Of a stretch of 64,000 nt of DNA, positions 1 through 9,635 are shown in pieces. The notes below the pieces were generated by a model. The model was not told the origin of the DNA. It saw only the letters and a list, made by a program, of their open reading frames with translations, and ran no database searches. The stretch's first letter is position 1. Each line of letters starts with the position of its first letter. Source of the DNA: Blastocatellia bacterium (GTDB lineage Bacteria; Acidobacteriota; Blastocatellia; UBA7656); NCBI GenBank assembly GCA_963765495.1, contig CAVXWP010000009.1, positions 32,001 through 96,000 of the forward strand, given 5' to 3'. The translations under genes and the position numbers were made by a program.

Positions 1-55
1 CTGTTGAAGAGGTTCAACCTGCTGCGTGAGCCACATCCGGACATTTTCATAGTAG
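1..55 (+). mobile_element. 3' end and right end of an attC-inserted IS110-family element (continues beyond the window edge)
   Basis: Reads VEEVQPAA-stop (TGA 27-29), like the C-terminus TVEEVEQAA* of the IS110 ending at 7301. Followed by ATTTTCATAGT-AG-GC, matching that element's right end, the AG core and the GC remainder of an attC core. Confidence 0.75.
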
Positions 56-167
56 GCTTGCGCAGAGACCGCCAGAACTCTGGTTGGGTTTATCCATTGA
101 AAAATCAATCGCGGTTGATTCGACGATTAACAATTTGTTATAAGTGAATAGTTGATCGGAGACTTTT

Positions 168-383
168 ATGCATAATGAATTTACTGCTATTTTTGAACAG
201 GACGGTGATTGGTTCATTGCCTATTGCCCAGAGATTCCAGGCGCTAATGGTCAAGGTCTCACTATAGATGAGTGTCGTAACAATCTCGCCGAAGCTATTG
301 CTCTCATTCTCGAAGATCGACGCGAGGATGCTTTGCGTGGAGTGCCTGAAACAGCTATCTGTGAAACGGTAGTCGTGCAATGA
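168..383 (+). CDS. hicB: HicB-family antitoxin
   Basis: 71 aa, FTAIFEQDGDWFIAYCPEIPGANGQG...EAIALILE signature; overlaps the next ORF by 4 nt. Confidence 0.88.
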   Translation: MHNEFTAIFEQDGDWFIAYCPEIPGANGQGLTIDECRNNLAEAIALILEDRREDALRGVPETAICETVVVQ

Positions 384-565
384 AGCGAGGCTCTTTACTC
401 AAGCACTTACGAAGAAATGGGTGCTACCTAAAGAGAGAAGGACGAGAGCATTCTCTGTGGTGTAACCCAAAGACAGGACAAATCGAAGCAGTGCCGCGTC
501 ACATTGAGATTCCGAACCTACTTGTAAAGAAAATATGTCGTGGGTTATCGATTCCGGAAATCTAA
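380..565 (+). CDS. hicA: HicA-family mRNA interferase toxin
   Basis: 61 aa basic protein, REGREHSLW...AVPRHIEI...KICRGL motif; coupled to hicB. Confidence 0.88.
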   Translation: MKRGSLLKHLRRNGCYLKREGREHSLWCNPKTGQIEAVPRHIEIPNLLVKKICRGLSIPEI

Positions 566-648
566 AAAGAAACAATCAAACCAATTTTGACAAAGCGGAA
601 AGGGTTCTTGTCAAAATGGACATTTGGCCCTTTGAATGAGCCTTCTAA

Positions 649-792
649 CAGCAATTCTCGGTTTAGAAATTCTGTCTTAACAAGAAGTGAACCACTAAAT
701 ACACGAAGCACACGAAATAGAAGAATTATTCGTGTATTTAGTGCGTTTCGTGGTATATCCCGGTGCGATTTCCTCTAAACCGAGAATTGCTG
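649..792. mobile_element. 144-bp MITE with 19-bp terminal inverted repeats and 9-bp target duplication
   Basis: CAGCAATTCTCGGTTTAGA (649-667) / TCTAAACCGAGAATTGCTG (774-792); GCCTTCTAA duplicated at 640-648 and 793-801; internal imperfect palindrome ~691-754. Confidence 0.85.
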
Positions 793-826
793 GCCTTCTA
801 AGTAAGTCACCTGTAAAGTGCTGATT

Positions 827-1326
<500 letters not shown>

Positions 1327-1399
1327 ATTAGGAAGTGATTTTTCTCCACATTGGATTCGTGACTTACTTTCATATACATTTCGGCGCAGCCGGTTGAGG

Positions 1400-1482
1400 G
1401 CCTAACTGGTCGATCAACCGGACGCGCATTCCAACGTTTCGTGTTCCATCATCTACTGGCGCGCCCCTGAATTCGTCGTTAG
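1400..1482 (+). other. Integron attC site, R' core interrupted after GTTAG by an IS110 left end
   Basis: GCCTAAC ... GTCGTTAG imperfect palindrome; near reverse complement of the attC at 4580-4664. Confidence 0.85.
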
Positions 1483-1629
1483 CTGTCATGACGCGAGGCG
1501 TCACCCTCGCTTATGAAAATGTGGTCGAGATGGGTTATGCTCTTTGAAGTCGTCGGCGTTGATCAGGTCGGGGCGTCTTGGTGCCAGCCAGCCCGTGCGT
1601 TAGCTTGACCCGAGAACCTTCCAGGCACC
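1483..1629 (+). mobile_element. IS110 left end with partial putative bridge-RNA scaffold, truncated by IS3
   Basis: Shares CATGA..TGAAAATG..AGGTCG..CTTGGTGC..GCCCG-[TGCGTTAG]-.TTGAC blocks with the non-coding end at 9636-9859 (minus strand) and with the 309-bp repeats. Confidence 0.75.
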
Positions 1630-1683
1630 TGGAGTTGACCTGGTTTAGTGGACAGGTCAACAATTTCCAGAAAGGAGTCCACG

Positions 1684-1983
1684 ATGCCAAAAACACACAA
1701 ACCTTACTCACAAGAATTTCGTCAATCAATGGTCGAACTCGTCCGCGCTGGTCGCTCTCCTAACCAGCTTGCAAAGGAGTTTGAGCCCTCTGCTCAAGTC
1801 ATCCGTAATTGGGTAAAGCAAGCCGATCTCGATCAGGGGCTGCGTGATGATGGGCTGACCACTTCCGACCGTGAGGAGTTGACTCGCTTGCGCCGCGAAA
1901 TCCGTCACCTTAAAGAAGAGCGCGAAATCCTAAAAAAAGCCGCGGCCTTCTTTGCTCGCGAAACAAACTCAATACCTCAGTGA
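1684..1983 (+). CDS. IS3-family transposase OrfA (HTH)
   Basis: YSQEFRQSMVELV...LAKEF...IRNWVKQ...EEREILKKAAAFF. Confidence 0.9.
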   Translation: MPKTHKPYSQEFRQSMVELVRAGRSPNQLAKEFEPSAQVIRNWVKQADLDQGLRDDGLTTSDREELTRLRREIRHLKEEREILKKAAAFFARETNSIPQ

Positions 1984-2846
1984 TATTTGAGTTTGTCAGA
2001 GCAAATCAGGCAGAACATTCTATCTCAGCGATCTGTCGAGTCCTTGATGTCTCAAGATCAGGCTACTATGCCTGGCTCGCACGAAGCCCATCAAGGCGAC
2101 ACCTTGAGGATGTGGCCCTGAGTCAACGCATCACAGAAATTCATCAGATTTCAAGAGGCACATATGGGTCACCCCGGATACTGGAGGAACTAAAGGCTTG
2201 CGGCAAAGGATTAGGGAGAAAGCGTGTGGCTCGCTTGATGCAAGTGTGTGGGCTGGTTGGAGTAAGCCGTAGACCGTTTACAACAACAACTCAAAGAGAG
2301 AGATCAAAACGACCAGCCCCTGATCTGGTGAAAAGAGCGTTCAAGGCCGATTGTGCCAACAAACTCTGGGTGGCGGATATAACCTATATCGCGACCTGGG
2401 AAGGATTCCTATATTTGGCTGTAGTGATGGATGTATGGAGTCGAAAGATCGTAGGATGGTCAATGAAAAGGCATCTTAGAACTGAGTTGGTCCTTGAGGC
2501 GCTCGATAGTGCAGTAGCACAAAGAATGCCTCTAAAAGGAGTGATACATCACTCGGATCAAGGGAGTCAGTACACATCTCTAGGGTTTGGGAAGAGATGT
2601 CGAGAATTTGGAGTACGCCCCTCAATGGGAAGTGTGGGAGAAGGCTCGGACAATGCGATGTGCGAGAGTTTTTTCGCGACACTCGAATGCGAGTTACTGA
2701 ATCGAGAGAGATTCAAAACCGTAGAGGAGGCCAAAATGAAAGTCTTCGAATATATCGAAGGATGGTACAATACAAGGAGGAGGCATTCAGGGATAGAGTA
2801 CAAATCACCGATGGAGTATGAAAGGCTTCATCAAATGATTGCCTGA
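1980..2846 (+). CDS. IS3-family transposase OrfB (DDE integrase core)
   Basis: WVADITYI, HHSDQGSQY, DNAMCESFFATLECE motifs. Confidence 0.92.
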   Translation: MIFEFVRANQAEHSISAICRVLDVSRSGYYAWLARSPSRRHLEDVALSQRITEIHQISRGTYGSPRILEELKACGKGLGRKRVARLMQVCGLVGVSRRPFTTTTQRERSKRPAPDLVKRAFKADCANKLWVADITYIATWEGFLYLAVVMDVWSRKIVGWSMKRHLRTELVLEALDSAVAQRMPLKGVIHHSDQGSQYTSLGFGKRCREFGVRPSMGSVGEGSDNAMCESFFATLECELLNRERFKTVEEAKMKVFEYIEGWYNTRRRHSGIEYKSPMEYERLHQMIA

Positions 2847-2887
2847 TAGCCAAGTCACAAACTGTCCACCAAACCGGGGCAGGCCCA

Positions 2888-3692
2888 GGCCCCGATGCAG
2901 GATGAAAACGGGCAGATGGTGGAGCGAACTAGAGGAACTCCGCAGGGGGAGTAGTCAGCCCGCTGCTTGCGAATCTGTTCCTACACTACGCGTTTGATGT
3001 CTGGGTAAGTCGCAACCTGCCGACTGTGCCGTTCTGCCGCTACGCCGATGATGGACTGCTGCACTGCAAGACTCGGAGGCAGGCGGAGTATGTCATAAAA
3101 GTCGTGGGGAGAAGGTTTCAAGAGTGTGGGTTAGAACTGCACCCTGAGAAATCGAAGATCGTATACTGCAAAGACATCAACCGCAGAGGCGACTATGACA
3201 ATATCTCGTTTGACTTTCTCGGCTATACATTTCGGCCACGCTCATCAAAGGACAAATATGGGCGACGGTACGTCAACTTCTCGCCAGCCGTGAGCAATTC
3301 GGCAAAGAAAGCGATGCGGCAGGAAATAAGAGGCTGGCACCTACAGCTGAAGAACGACAAGAGGCTGGAGGATCTGTCGAGGATGTTTGATCCGATATTG
3401 AGAGGGTGGGCGAGCTATTACGGCAAGTTCTACAAAAGCGGCATGAGGGGGATTTGGAATCACTTTGATATGTATCTCACACGATGGGTAATGCGCAAAT
3501 ACAAGAGGCTGGCCGGGCATCGGCGGAGGGCAAGCAAGGAGTTAGGCCGAATCGCGCGGGATAAGCCGAATCTGTTTGTACATTGGCGGCAAAGGGAAAT
3601 GCGAGCGGTTGGATGATGGAGCCGAATGAGGGGAGACCTTCACGTTCGGTTCTGAGAGGGGCCAGGGGAGAGACTCCCCTGGTCTACTCACC
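2888..3692 (+). mobile_element. 5'-truncated group II intron (RT/maturase C-terminal part plus domains V and VI)
   Basis: GTPQGG(frameshift)VVSPLLANLFLHYAFD...RYADD...FDFLGY and maturase domain to stop at 3616; D5 GAGCCGAATGAGGGGAGACCTTCACGTTCGGTTC and D6 hairpin GGCCAGGGGAG-AGA-CTCCCCTGGTC ending at ~3692. Confidence 0.9.
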
Positions 3693-4132
3693 CCTACATT
3701 CGGTTGCTAGCCAACTGGATGTATCTGGTGGCGATTATCGATTGGCATTCGCGTTATGTCGTGAGTTGGGAACTCGATGACAGCCTGGAAGTGGATTTCG
3801 TCCTCTTGGCCGTCGAGCGGGCCTTGCGCCAAGCGAAGCCGGAAATCTTTAACTCCGATCAAGGGAGCCAGTTCACGAGCCAGGCGTACATCTCGCTGGT
3901 CGAAGGAGCCGGGGTGCGAATCAGTATGGACTCGAAAGGGCGAGCCTTTGACAACATCTTCACCGAGAGATTATGGCGAACCGTCAAATATGAAGACGTC
4001 TATATAAAAGGTTACACGTCGCCGCGCGAAACGCGGGTTGGAATAGGCAGCTATCTGGAGTTCTATAATGACAGGCGCGTGCATCAAGCCTTGGCTTATC
4101 GAACGCCAGCCGAAATCCACTTCGGGCTTTGA
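3693..4132 (+). pseudogene. IS3-family OrfB 3' fragment (host exon of the group II intron)
   Basis: (T)YIRLLANWMYLVAIIDWHSRY...NSDQGSQF...DNIFTERLWRTVKYE; begins right after the intron 3' end. Confidence 0.88.
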
Positions 4133-4159
4133 ATTGAACAAGAACCATGTTTATAGCCG

Positions 4160-4208
4160 ACTCAAATGAATCGTTGGCACGCGGGTCCGCTGTATCCCCC
4201 TGTTAGGC
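4160..4208 (-). other. Partial attC site (R''/L'' half)
   Basis: GCGGGTCCGCTGTATCCCCCTGTTAGGC resembles the same arm of the attCs at 4580, 9860 and 15633; other arm lost. Confidence 0.65.
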
Positions 4209-4579
4209 GGCTCTCTCTTTCTTCTTCTTCTCTTTGGCTCAGTTTTATCTTCCACTTCTACCTCCGCCTTCCCCTACTCTCTCTTACTCGCCCCTGCCAA
4301 GCCCTCTTGTTTGTCTTCTTTATCTCTTCCAGGCAACTCTTCTCTGCTTCATTGCTGAACATCAATTTGCAGTGTGACGCTGCCCAGAGACTCAGCCTAG
4401 TTGAATGATCTGGTTTGGTGAAGCGAAAGGTTGATGAGCAAGAGTGTGGCTAATCAAGACGAATCGAGGCGAGATCAAGCATTGATAAGCGAGCAGATTC
4501 TTTGTCCCCGCAGTCTCTTTGCTGTCAGGTCTTTGAACGATTGTTTGCTGAGTCGTTTCCATTTCACCGATACCCTGAC

Positions 4580-4664
4580 GCCTAACGACGAATTCAGCGG
4601 CGCGCCGGTAGCTGATGGAACATGAAAACGTGGTATGCGCGTCCGCTGGAATGAGCAGTTAGGC
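4580..4664 (-). other. Integron attC site (intact, 85 bp)
   Basis: GCCTAAC-GACGAAT-TCAGCGG...CCGCTGGA-ATGAGCA-GTTAGGC: RYYYAAC/GTTRRRY cores with paired L boxes and bulged bases. Confidence 0.92.
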
Positions 4665-4672
4665 TGCTTGCT

Positions 4673-5711
4673 GGCTTTGTTGCGTAAATATGGCAACAGG
4701 TGCGCGAGGGTTTGTATAATCTCTTTATGACCAAGAAAAACAAACCCACTTATCGCACCCGTAACTGGAAACAGTATAACTCCTCTCTTCGTAATCGTGG
4801 TAGTCTAACAGTCTGGCTCTCTCAAGATGTCCTTGATCAGTGGCTACACCGCTCTCCTCAAACACGCCCCGGCGCTCCATTGAGATATTCTGACACTGCT
4901 ATCATAACAATGCTCTCGATCAAGGCCGTCTTCCATCTGCCGCTTCGCCAGACTCAAGGATTCGTCTGCTCATTATTCAAGCTGATGGGAGTAGAGTTGC
5001 CCGTTGCAGATTACAGTAGAGTATCAAGGCGAGCCCCAGGGCTAGAGATAAGGTTGAGGCGCGATACAAGCAAGCCAATAGCGGACCTTGTAATAGACTC
5101 AACAGGAGTTAAGATTTACGGAGAAGGGGAGTGGAAAGTTCGCACACACGGGAAGGATAAACGACGAGAATGGAGGAAGTTACACATAGCAGTAGATACA
5201 GAGACGTGGGAGATAACAGCCGTAGAGTTGACCGACAAGGGAGTTGTTGACCCGCGAGTAATGCCTCGATTGATAGAGGAAACGGAAGGGGAAGTAGGTC
5301 GGATATATGGGGATGGAGCATATGATACAAACCAGTGTCACAAGGCGATCTATAAGAAGGGAGCGAAGCCATTGATCCCGCCGCGAAAGGGAGCAGTCGA
5401 GAGCAAGTATTATTATATGGGGGAAAGAAACCTGGCGATAAGAGAGAAGGCAGAGAAAGGAGAGAAGGAGTGGAAGAAAGAGAGTGGGTATCACAAGAGG
5501 AGCTTGGTAGAGACACAGATGGGCAGGCTGAAGGGGATATTAGGAGAGCGAATGAGCAGTAGGAAGATGGAGACACAAATAACGGAGGCAAGGATCAAGT
5601 GCATGGTGATGAATCGGATGAGCGAGTTAGGGATGCCCGACACAGTAGCATTCTAAAAGAGGTCGAAGTCTGGGTGAAGTCTATCTTCATCTCGAATTGC
5701 GCAACAAAGCC
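4673..5711 (+). mobile_element. IS5-family (IS903 group) insertion sequence
   Basis: Ends GGCTTTGTTGCG / CGCAACAAAGCC; CTTGCT repeated on both flanks (4667-4672, 5712-5717). Confidence 0.9.
4727..5656 (+). CDS. IS5-family transposase
   Basis: YRTRNWKQYNSSLRNRGSLTVW, IDSTGVKIYGEGEW, DGAYD, GYHKRSLVET motifs. Confidence 0.93.
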   Translation: MTKKNKPTYRTRNWKQYNSSLRNRGSLTVWLSQDVLDQWLHRSPQTRPGAPLRYSDTAIITMLSIKAVFHLPLRQTQGFVCSLFKLMGVELPVADYSRVSRRAPGLEIRLRRDTSKPIADLVIDSTGVKIYGEGEWKVRTHGKDKRREWRKLHIAVDTETWEITAVELTDKGVVDPRVMPRLIEETEGEVGRIYGDGAYDTNQCHKAIYKKGAKPLIPPRKGAVESKYYYMGERNLAIREKAEKGEKEWKKESGYHKRSLVETQMGRLKGILGERMSSRKMETQITEARIKCMVMNRMSELGMPDTVAF

Positions 5712-5736
5712 CTTGCTCCGGTGTATTGTCGAATTG

Positions 5737-6108
5737 CTAACGACTATTGGATCTTAGCAATATGGTCACATCTTTTCCGGTTGGAATTGATCTGTCATCC
5801 AGGTGCTCTATCTCCTCTAGAAAATCACAGATTTCATTGAATACCGCTATTGGAAGCAAACCTGTTTTCTTCAATTCCGTTTTATAGCTTTGAACACTGT
5901 GCATCAAGACTTCTAACAAGAATTTTGCCGGGAATTGAATCTGTAATGATCTCGAGGGATCAAGAAACTCATGATAAACAGTTTGCCAGTGTACGGTAGC
6001 TTCTTTAAAGAAAGCTTGCTCATTAATTCCAACCCCAAACTCATGGATTACTCTATTTCTATATATTCTGTAAAGTAAAGCATCGAAAGAAAAATCCTTC
6101 AGTAACAC
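5737..6108 (-). pseudogene. 5'-truncated hypothetical cassette protein
   Basis: AT-rich open frame that extends upstream only to the collapsed attC at 6137; no recognisable motif; ends next to attC 4580-4664 once IS5 is removed. Confidence 0.45.
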
Positions 6109-6136
6109 AGAGAAACTTTCTATGGCTTCTAAGAGC

Positions 6137-6160
6137 TCCTAACAAAATGAGCAGTTAGGC
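6137..6160 (-). other. Internally deleted attC remnant
   Basis: TCCTAAC-AAAATGAGCA-GTTAGGC; AATGAGCAGTTAGGCTG is identical to the end of attC 4580-4664. Confidence 0.65.
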
Positions 6161-6195
6161 TGGTTCTTGTTGGCATACTTTCTTCGCAACAACAA

Positions 6196-6537
6196 TTAGC
6201 CTCCGGGCCGATTTATGCGAACGAGTTCTTTGGCAATATCTGCAATTAACCCGAGAGCCGAATCTATTCGCTTGGCCTGACCTTCAAAATCGGGATCAAA
6301 TGTGCAAACAATAATTCCTGCATGTTCTTGCTGTTCCTTGTGCAACCGTATGAAGTGTTTCCGATTTATGGTTAGAATTGCGCGCCTATCTTGAGAGGCC
6401 AACTCAAGGACGGCATCATCTGGAAAGGACTGGTTTGCTTTGCCTGCCTCGTAAATCGTCAGGACATCATGCCCAAGCTGGCGAAGTTCGATTACAACTG
6501 GGAGTGGGAAATTTTCATCAGCAAGCAAACGAGCCAT
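6196..6537 (-). CDS. DUF5615 (PIN-like, VapC45-type) toxin
   Basis: RLLADENFP...LRQLGHDV...DDAVL...ILTINRKHF...HAGII. Confidence 0.88.
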   Translation of the reverse strand: MARLLADENFPLPVVIELRQLGHDVLTIYEAGKANQSFPDDAVLELASQDRRAILTINRKHFIRLHKEQQEHAGIIVCTFDPDFEGQAKRIDSALGLIADIAKELVRINRPGG

Positions 6538-6540
6538 TGT

Positions 6541-6870
6541 TCAAGCTGCCTCATTTTCATGAATTTGTTGCTCAATCTCATTCCTATGCGAGCGAACAAA
6601 TGCCCATGCATTAGCAATATCTACTGCTCGCAACGAAGGATAGATTCGTAGCAATTCGGCTTCGCTTGTACCGAGGCGTCGGGCTTGCTCAAGAACCCAG
6701 ACAGGAATCCTTGTTCGGACAATACAGGGTTCACCGCCGCAAACATCAGGATTGCTCTCGATGCCAGGAAAAGCATCGCCAAGGTCACGCACAACCCATT
6801 GAAGAAGTTGAGCTTTTTCAGCCCGTGAAAGGTCAGAAATAATTTTTTCCATTTCTTCCAGTGTATCCAT
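6541..6870 (-). CDS. DUF433-domain antitoxin
   Basis: NPDVCGGEPCIVRTRIPVW...ELLRIYPSL...DIANAW; immediately upstream of the DUF5615 gene. Confidence 0.9.
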   Translation of the reverse strand: MDTLEEMEKIISDLSRAEKAQLLQWVVRDLGDAFPGIESNPDVCGGEPCIVRTRIPVWVLEQARRLGTSEAELLRIYPSLRAVDIANAWAFVRSHRNEIEQQIHENEAA

Positions 6871-6963
6871 TGATGAATACCTCGCGTTGTCTCTAGTTTC
6901 AACAAAACAAATGATTCCATAAATGAGGCGATTAGAGCAACAGGTTACGCTTGCCATGAGCCT

Positions 6964-7272
6964 GCTCTGAAAATAAAAGGGGTGCTAAATGTTGATAACG
7001 AGTAGATGAAGACAAACAACTCCGAGCCTGTGCGATATTACTTCTGCACAGCTTCATCAAACTGGTTGTCGGTAGGGCATTGGTTAATAAGCATGAGTCT
7101 GCTCTACGTGCTCAAAGGCAACAATTCGGGGTACCAGAAATATGCCCAGGTCAAACTGCTATACAGGCTCGAAGCACCAAGGACCGTTCGACCTTCATAC
7201 CGACATACAAAATTCTATCATGGCTCTCACACATTTTCATCATTCGAAGGTGAGCCGCAGGCTCATGATGAA
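6964..7272 (-). mobile_element. Non-autonomous IS110 derivative carrying a putative bridge RNA, copy 1 (309 bp)
   Basis: Near-identical to 13515-13823 and 13826-14133; bounded by CT (AG on minus) at 6962-6963 and 7273-7274; homologous to the non-coding end of the adjacent IS110; no transposase. Confidence 0.85.
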
Positions 7273-7300
7273 CTGCTATGAAAATAAGAGTAGGTGTTGA

Positions 7301-9635
7301 TCAGGCAGCTTGCTCGACCTCTTCAACAGTTACTCTCAAGCCCGTCCCCTCAAGCTGTCGGATTAATCTTCGCCGCTGCTTCTCTACATTCCTTTTGTCC
7401 AGATAATCTACTCCCAACTCTTTGTAACCGGCTCTCTCTTCTAAGACGTGATATACAATCACAAGTATCGAATGTGCTATTGCTACCAGCGCCTTCTTCT
7501 TCCCCATTCTCTTGACCAGCCTTTTGTACTTCGCTGCAAGGAAACAATCCTTCTGATGCTTGCTGCCCAGGCTGCCTGCACAAGGGCTGCTTTTAGATAG
7601 CTATTGCCCTTTTGGGTTCTTCCACTCTTTCGTTTTCCTGCCGATTGATTATTACTGGGACAGATCGAAGCCCAACTTGAGAGATTCTTGTCTGTTGGGA
7701 AGCAGCTCATATCTACTCCAATCTCAGAGACAATGATCTGGGCTAAGGTCTTTGCGACTCCTGGAATAGAATCGAGAAGCTCAACAGCTTGCTTAACAAA
7801 AGGGTCTGGGGAAGTTTCGACCTCCTGGCTGATCTTCTCTTCAACCCTCTTAATAGAGGATTCAACCGAGTCATACTGATCGAGGAGTTCTTTAAGAATC
7901 CAGCGTTGGGCAGAAGTGAGGCGACCGTGCAAAGCACGCTTCAAGTCAGCCTTCTTACGCTTCATCCTCCGACGAGCAAGGTCGCTGATCTTGTCAGCAT
8001 CGGTTTGACCATCAGCCAAAGCTCTCAGCATCAGCCTGCCGCTAACCCCCAAAGCATCACTAGCGACTTGAGCGAGCTTGATATTGGCGCTTTCAATCAA
8101 CTTCTGAATGCGATTGGCAAGAGCAGTCTGCTCACGGATAAGGCTCTGGCGGTAGCGAGTCAAATCCCTGAGTTCACGGATATGAGGAGGAGGGATAAAG
8201 CTGGGACGAAGCAGACCGTGACGAAGCAGGTCAGCAAGCCACTCACAATCCTTAACATCAGTCTTTCTGCCAGGAACAGCTTTGACGTGGCGGGCATTAA
8301 CCAAAATAACCTCCAGGGAGGATTCGAGGATATTGAAAACAGGCTTCCAGTAAACGCCAGTACTTTCAATAGCGACGTGAGTGCAGCCTTGAGAAGTGAG
8401 CCAGTCGAGCAATAATAGAATTAGATAGTTTTTTGTTTGTTGTGTTGGTGTTTTTTTTTTGTTTTTTTGTGTGTTGGTGTGTTTGGTTTTTTTTGAAGTT
8501 GATATTTAGTTGTTGTTGTTTTATGGATAGGAGTAGAATATAGATGATTTTATGTTTAGATGGATGTTTATGATATATGTTGTGTGTAAAAAAATATTGG
8601 TTGATTTTTTATGTTGAGTGAGTAGGATTGATTTAAGTAAGGATTGTGAGATGTGTTGGTAGTAGGTTGAGTTATTTGATATTAGTGAGTAAGTTTTTAT
8701 TATAAGTTGTTTTAGTTATAGTGAGGAGATGTTATAAGTATGGATTGATGATATTATATAAAGTTATTATTTTACGTTTTGTGGTGTATTAGTGTTTGTT
8801 TAGTGGGAGTATTATGAAGTTTGTTGATATTTTGTGATGTTATATGTGTGAAGGGAATAAAAGTGATATATTTGGTTTTAATTTGAGTTGTTGTGATTTA
8901 GTGTATGTTTATATTGTATTTGTTGTGAGGTTTGTTTATTATGATTGTAAATTAAGTTTGGGGTATTGATATACTTATATCTGATTTGTGGTGTGTGGAT
9001 GTATTGGTAGTATTGTTGGATTGTTATTAGTGTTATATATTGAGTTGGGAATTGGATTAGAGTTTGGAGTATTTTTTCGTGATGGTAGTATTAGAATAGG
9101 TGTTTGTTAAAGTTTGTTTAGGAATTTGGAACTCTGATTAGGGGAGTTACTTCACTAGTTTGTAATATATATATCGACTGAAAATGGTTGGGTTGTAAAT
9201 CAGTATGGATGGTAAAGGTTGTGTTTTGGATAACATCTTTACGTAGTGTTTATGGAGAAGTATCAAGTATGAAGAGGTCTATCTGTATTCTTATGTTTCA
9301 CGAAGAGAAGCTCGACAAAACATTACTAGGTATATGTGATTCTATAATGAAGAGCGTCTACATCAGTCACTCGATTACTGGACACCGGTTGAAGTCGTAT
9401 TTCAGTTGTGAGAATGAGAAACATCAGCGAAACGATTCTATAATGAAAGGAGAAAAGTCCACTTTAGGCATAGGTAATTTTTTGTCTTGATTTTGTGGAC
9501 CACCTTAAGGGCAAGCAAATCATCAGTCATGGTCGAGAAAGTGCGAACCTCTTTGTTGCCGTCAGTGATGAGGCAGGCGACAACGGTGCGAGCGTGAACA
9601 TCAATACCACAGCAAGAGTTGTAAAGAATCTGCAT
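7301..9635 (-). pseudogene. IS110-family DEDD recombinase, split by an insertion (8413-9507) and a frameshift near 7550
   Basis: MQILYNSCCGIDVH...TDDLL / LDWL...VAIESTGVYWKP...GRKTDVKD...CPSNNQSAGK / KKALVAIAHSIL; RBS AAAGGAG upstream. Confidence 0.9.
8413..9507 (+). mobile_element. Degraded IS3-family element with near-complete C-to-T conversion on the + strand
   Basis: Only 4 C in 8411-9131. The 3' part translates ISMDGKG(C)(V)LDNIFT*(C)LWRSIKYEEVYL...FYNEERLHQSLDY(W)TP(V)EV, i.e. OrfB with CGN>TGN and GCT>GTT changes. Poly-A frameshift site at ~8588; right end TGTCTTGATTTTGTGGACCACCTTA. Confidence 0.85.

Larger units (their letters stand above)
1630..2887 (+). mobile_element. IS3-family insertion sequence, full length (1258 bp)
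   Basis: IRL TGGAGTTGACCTGGTTTAGTGGACA, IRR TGTCCACCAAACCGGGGCAGGCCCA; orfA/orfB; A7G slippery site at 1932-1939; no target duplication. Confidence 0.92.

Noticed and set aside
2888-3692. Reverse transcriptase as a retron or DGR, possibly explaining the mutated tract
   Set aside because: Has a maturase domain and intron domains V/VI; DGRs mutate adenines, whereas the tract shows C-to-T loss.
9188-9490. 100-aa ORF in the C-depleted tract
   Set aside because: Off-frame reading of the degraded IS3 OrfB.
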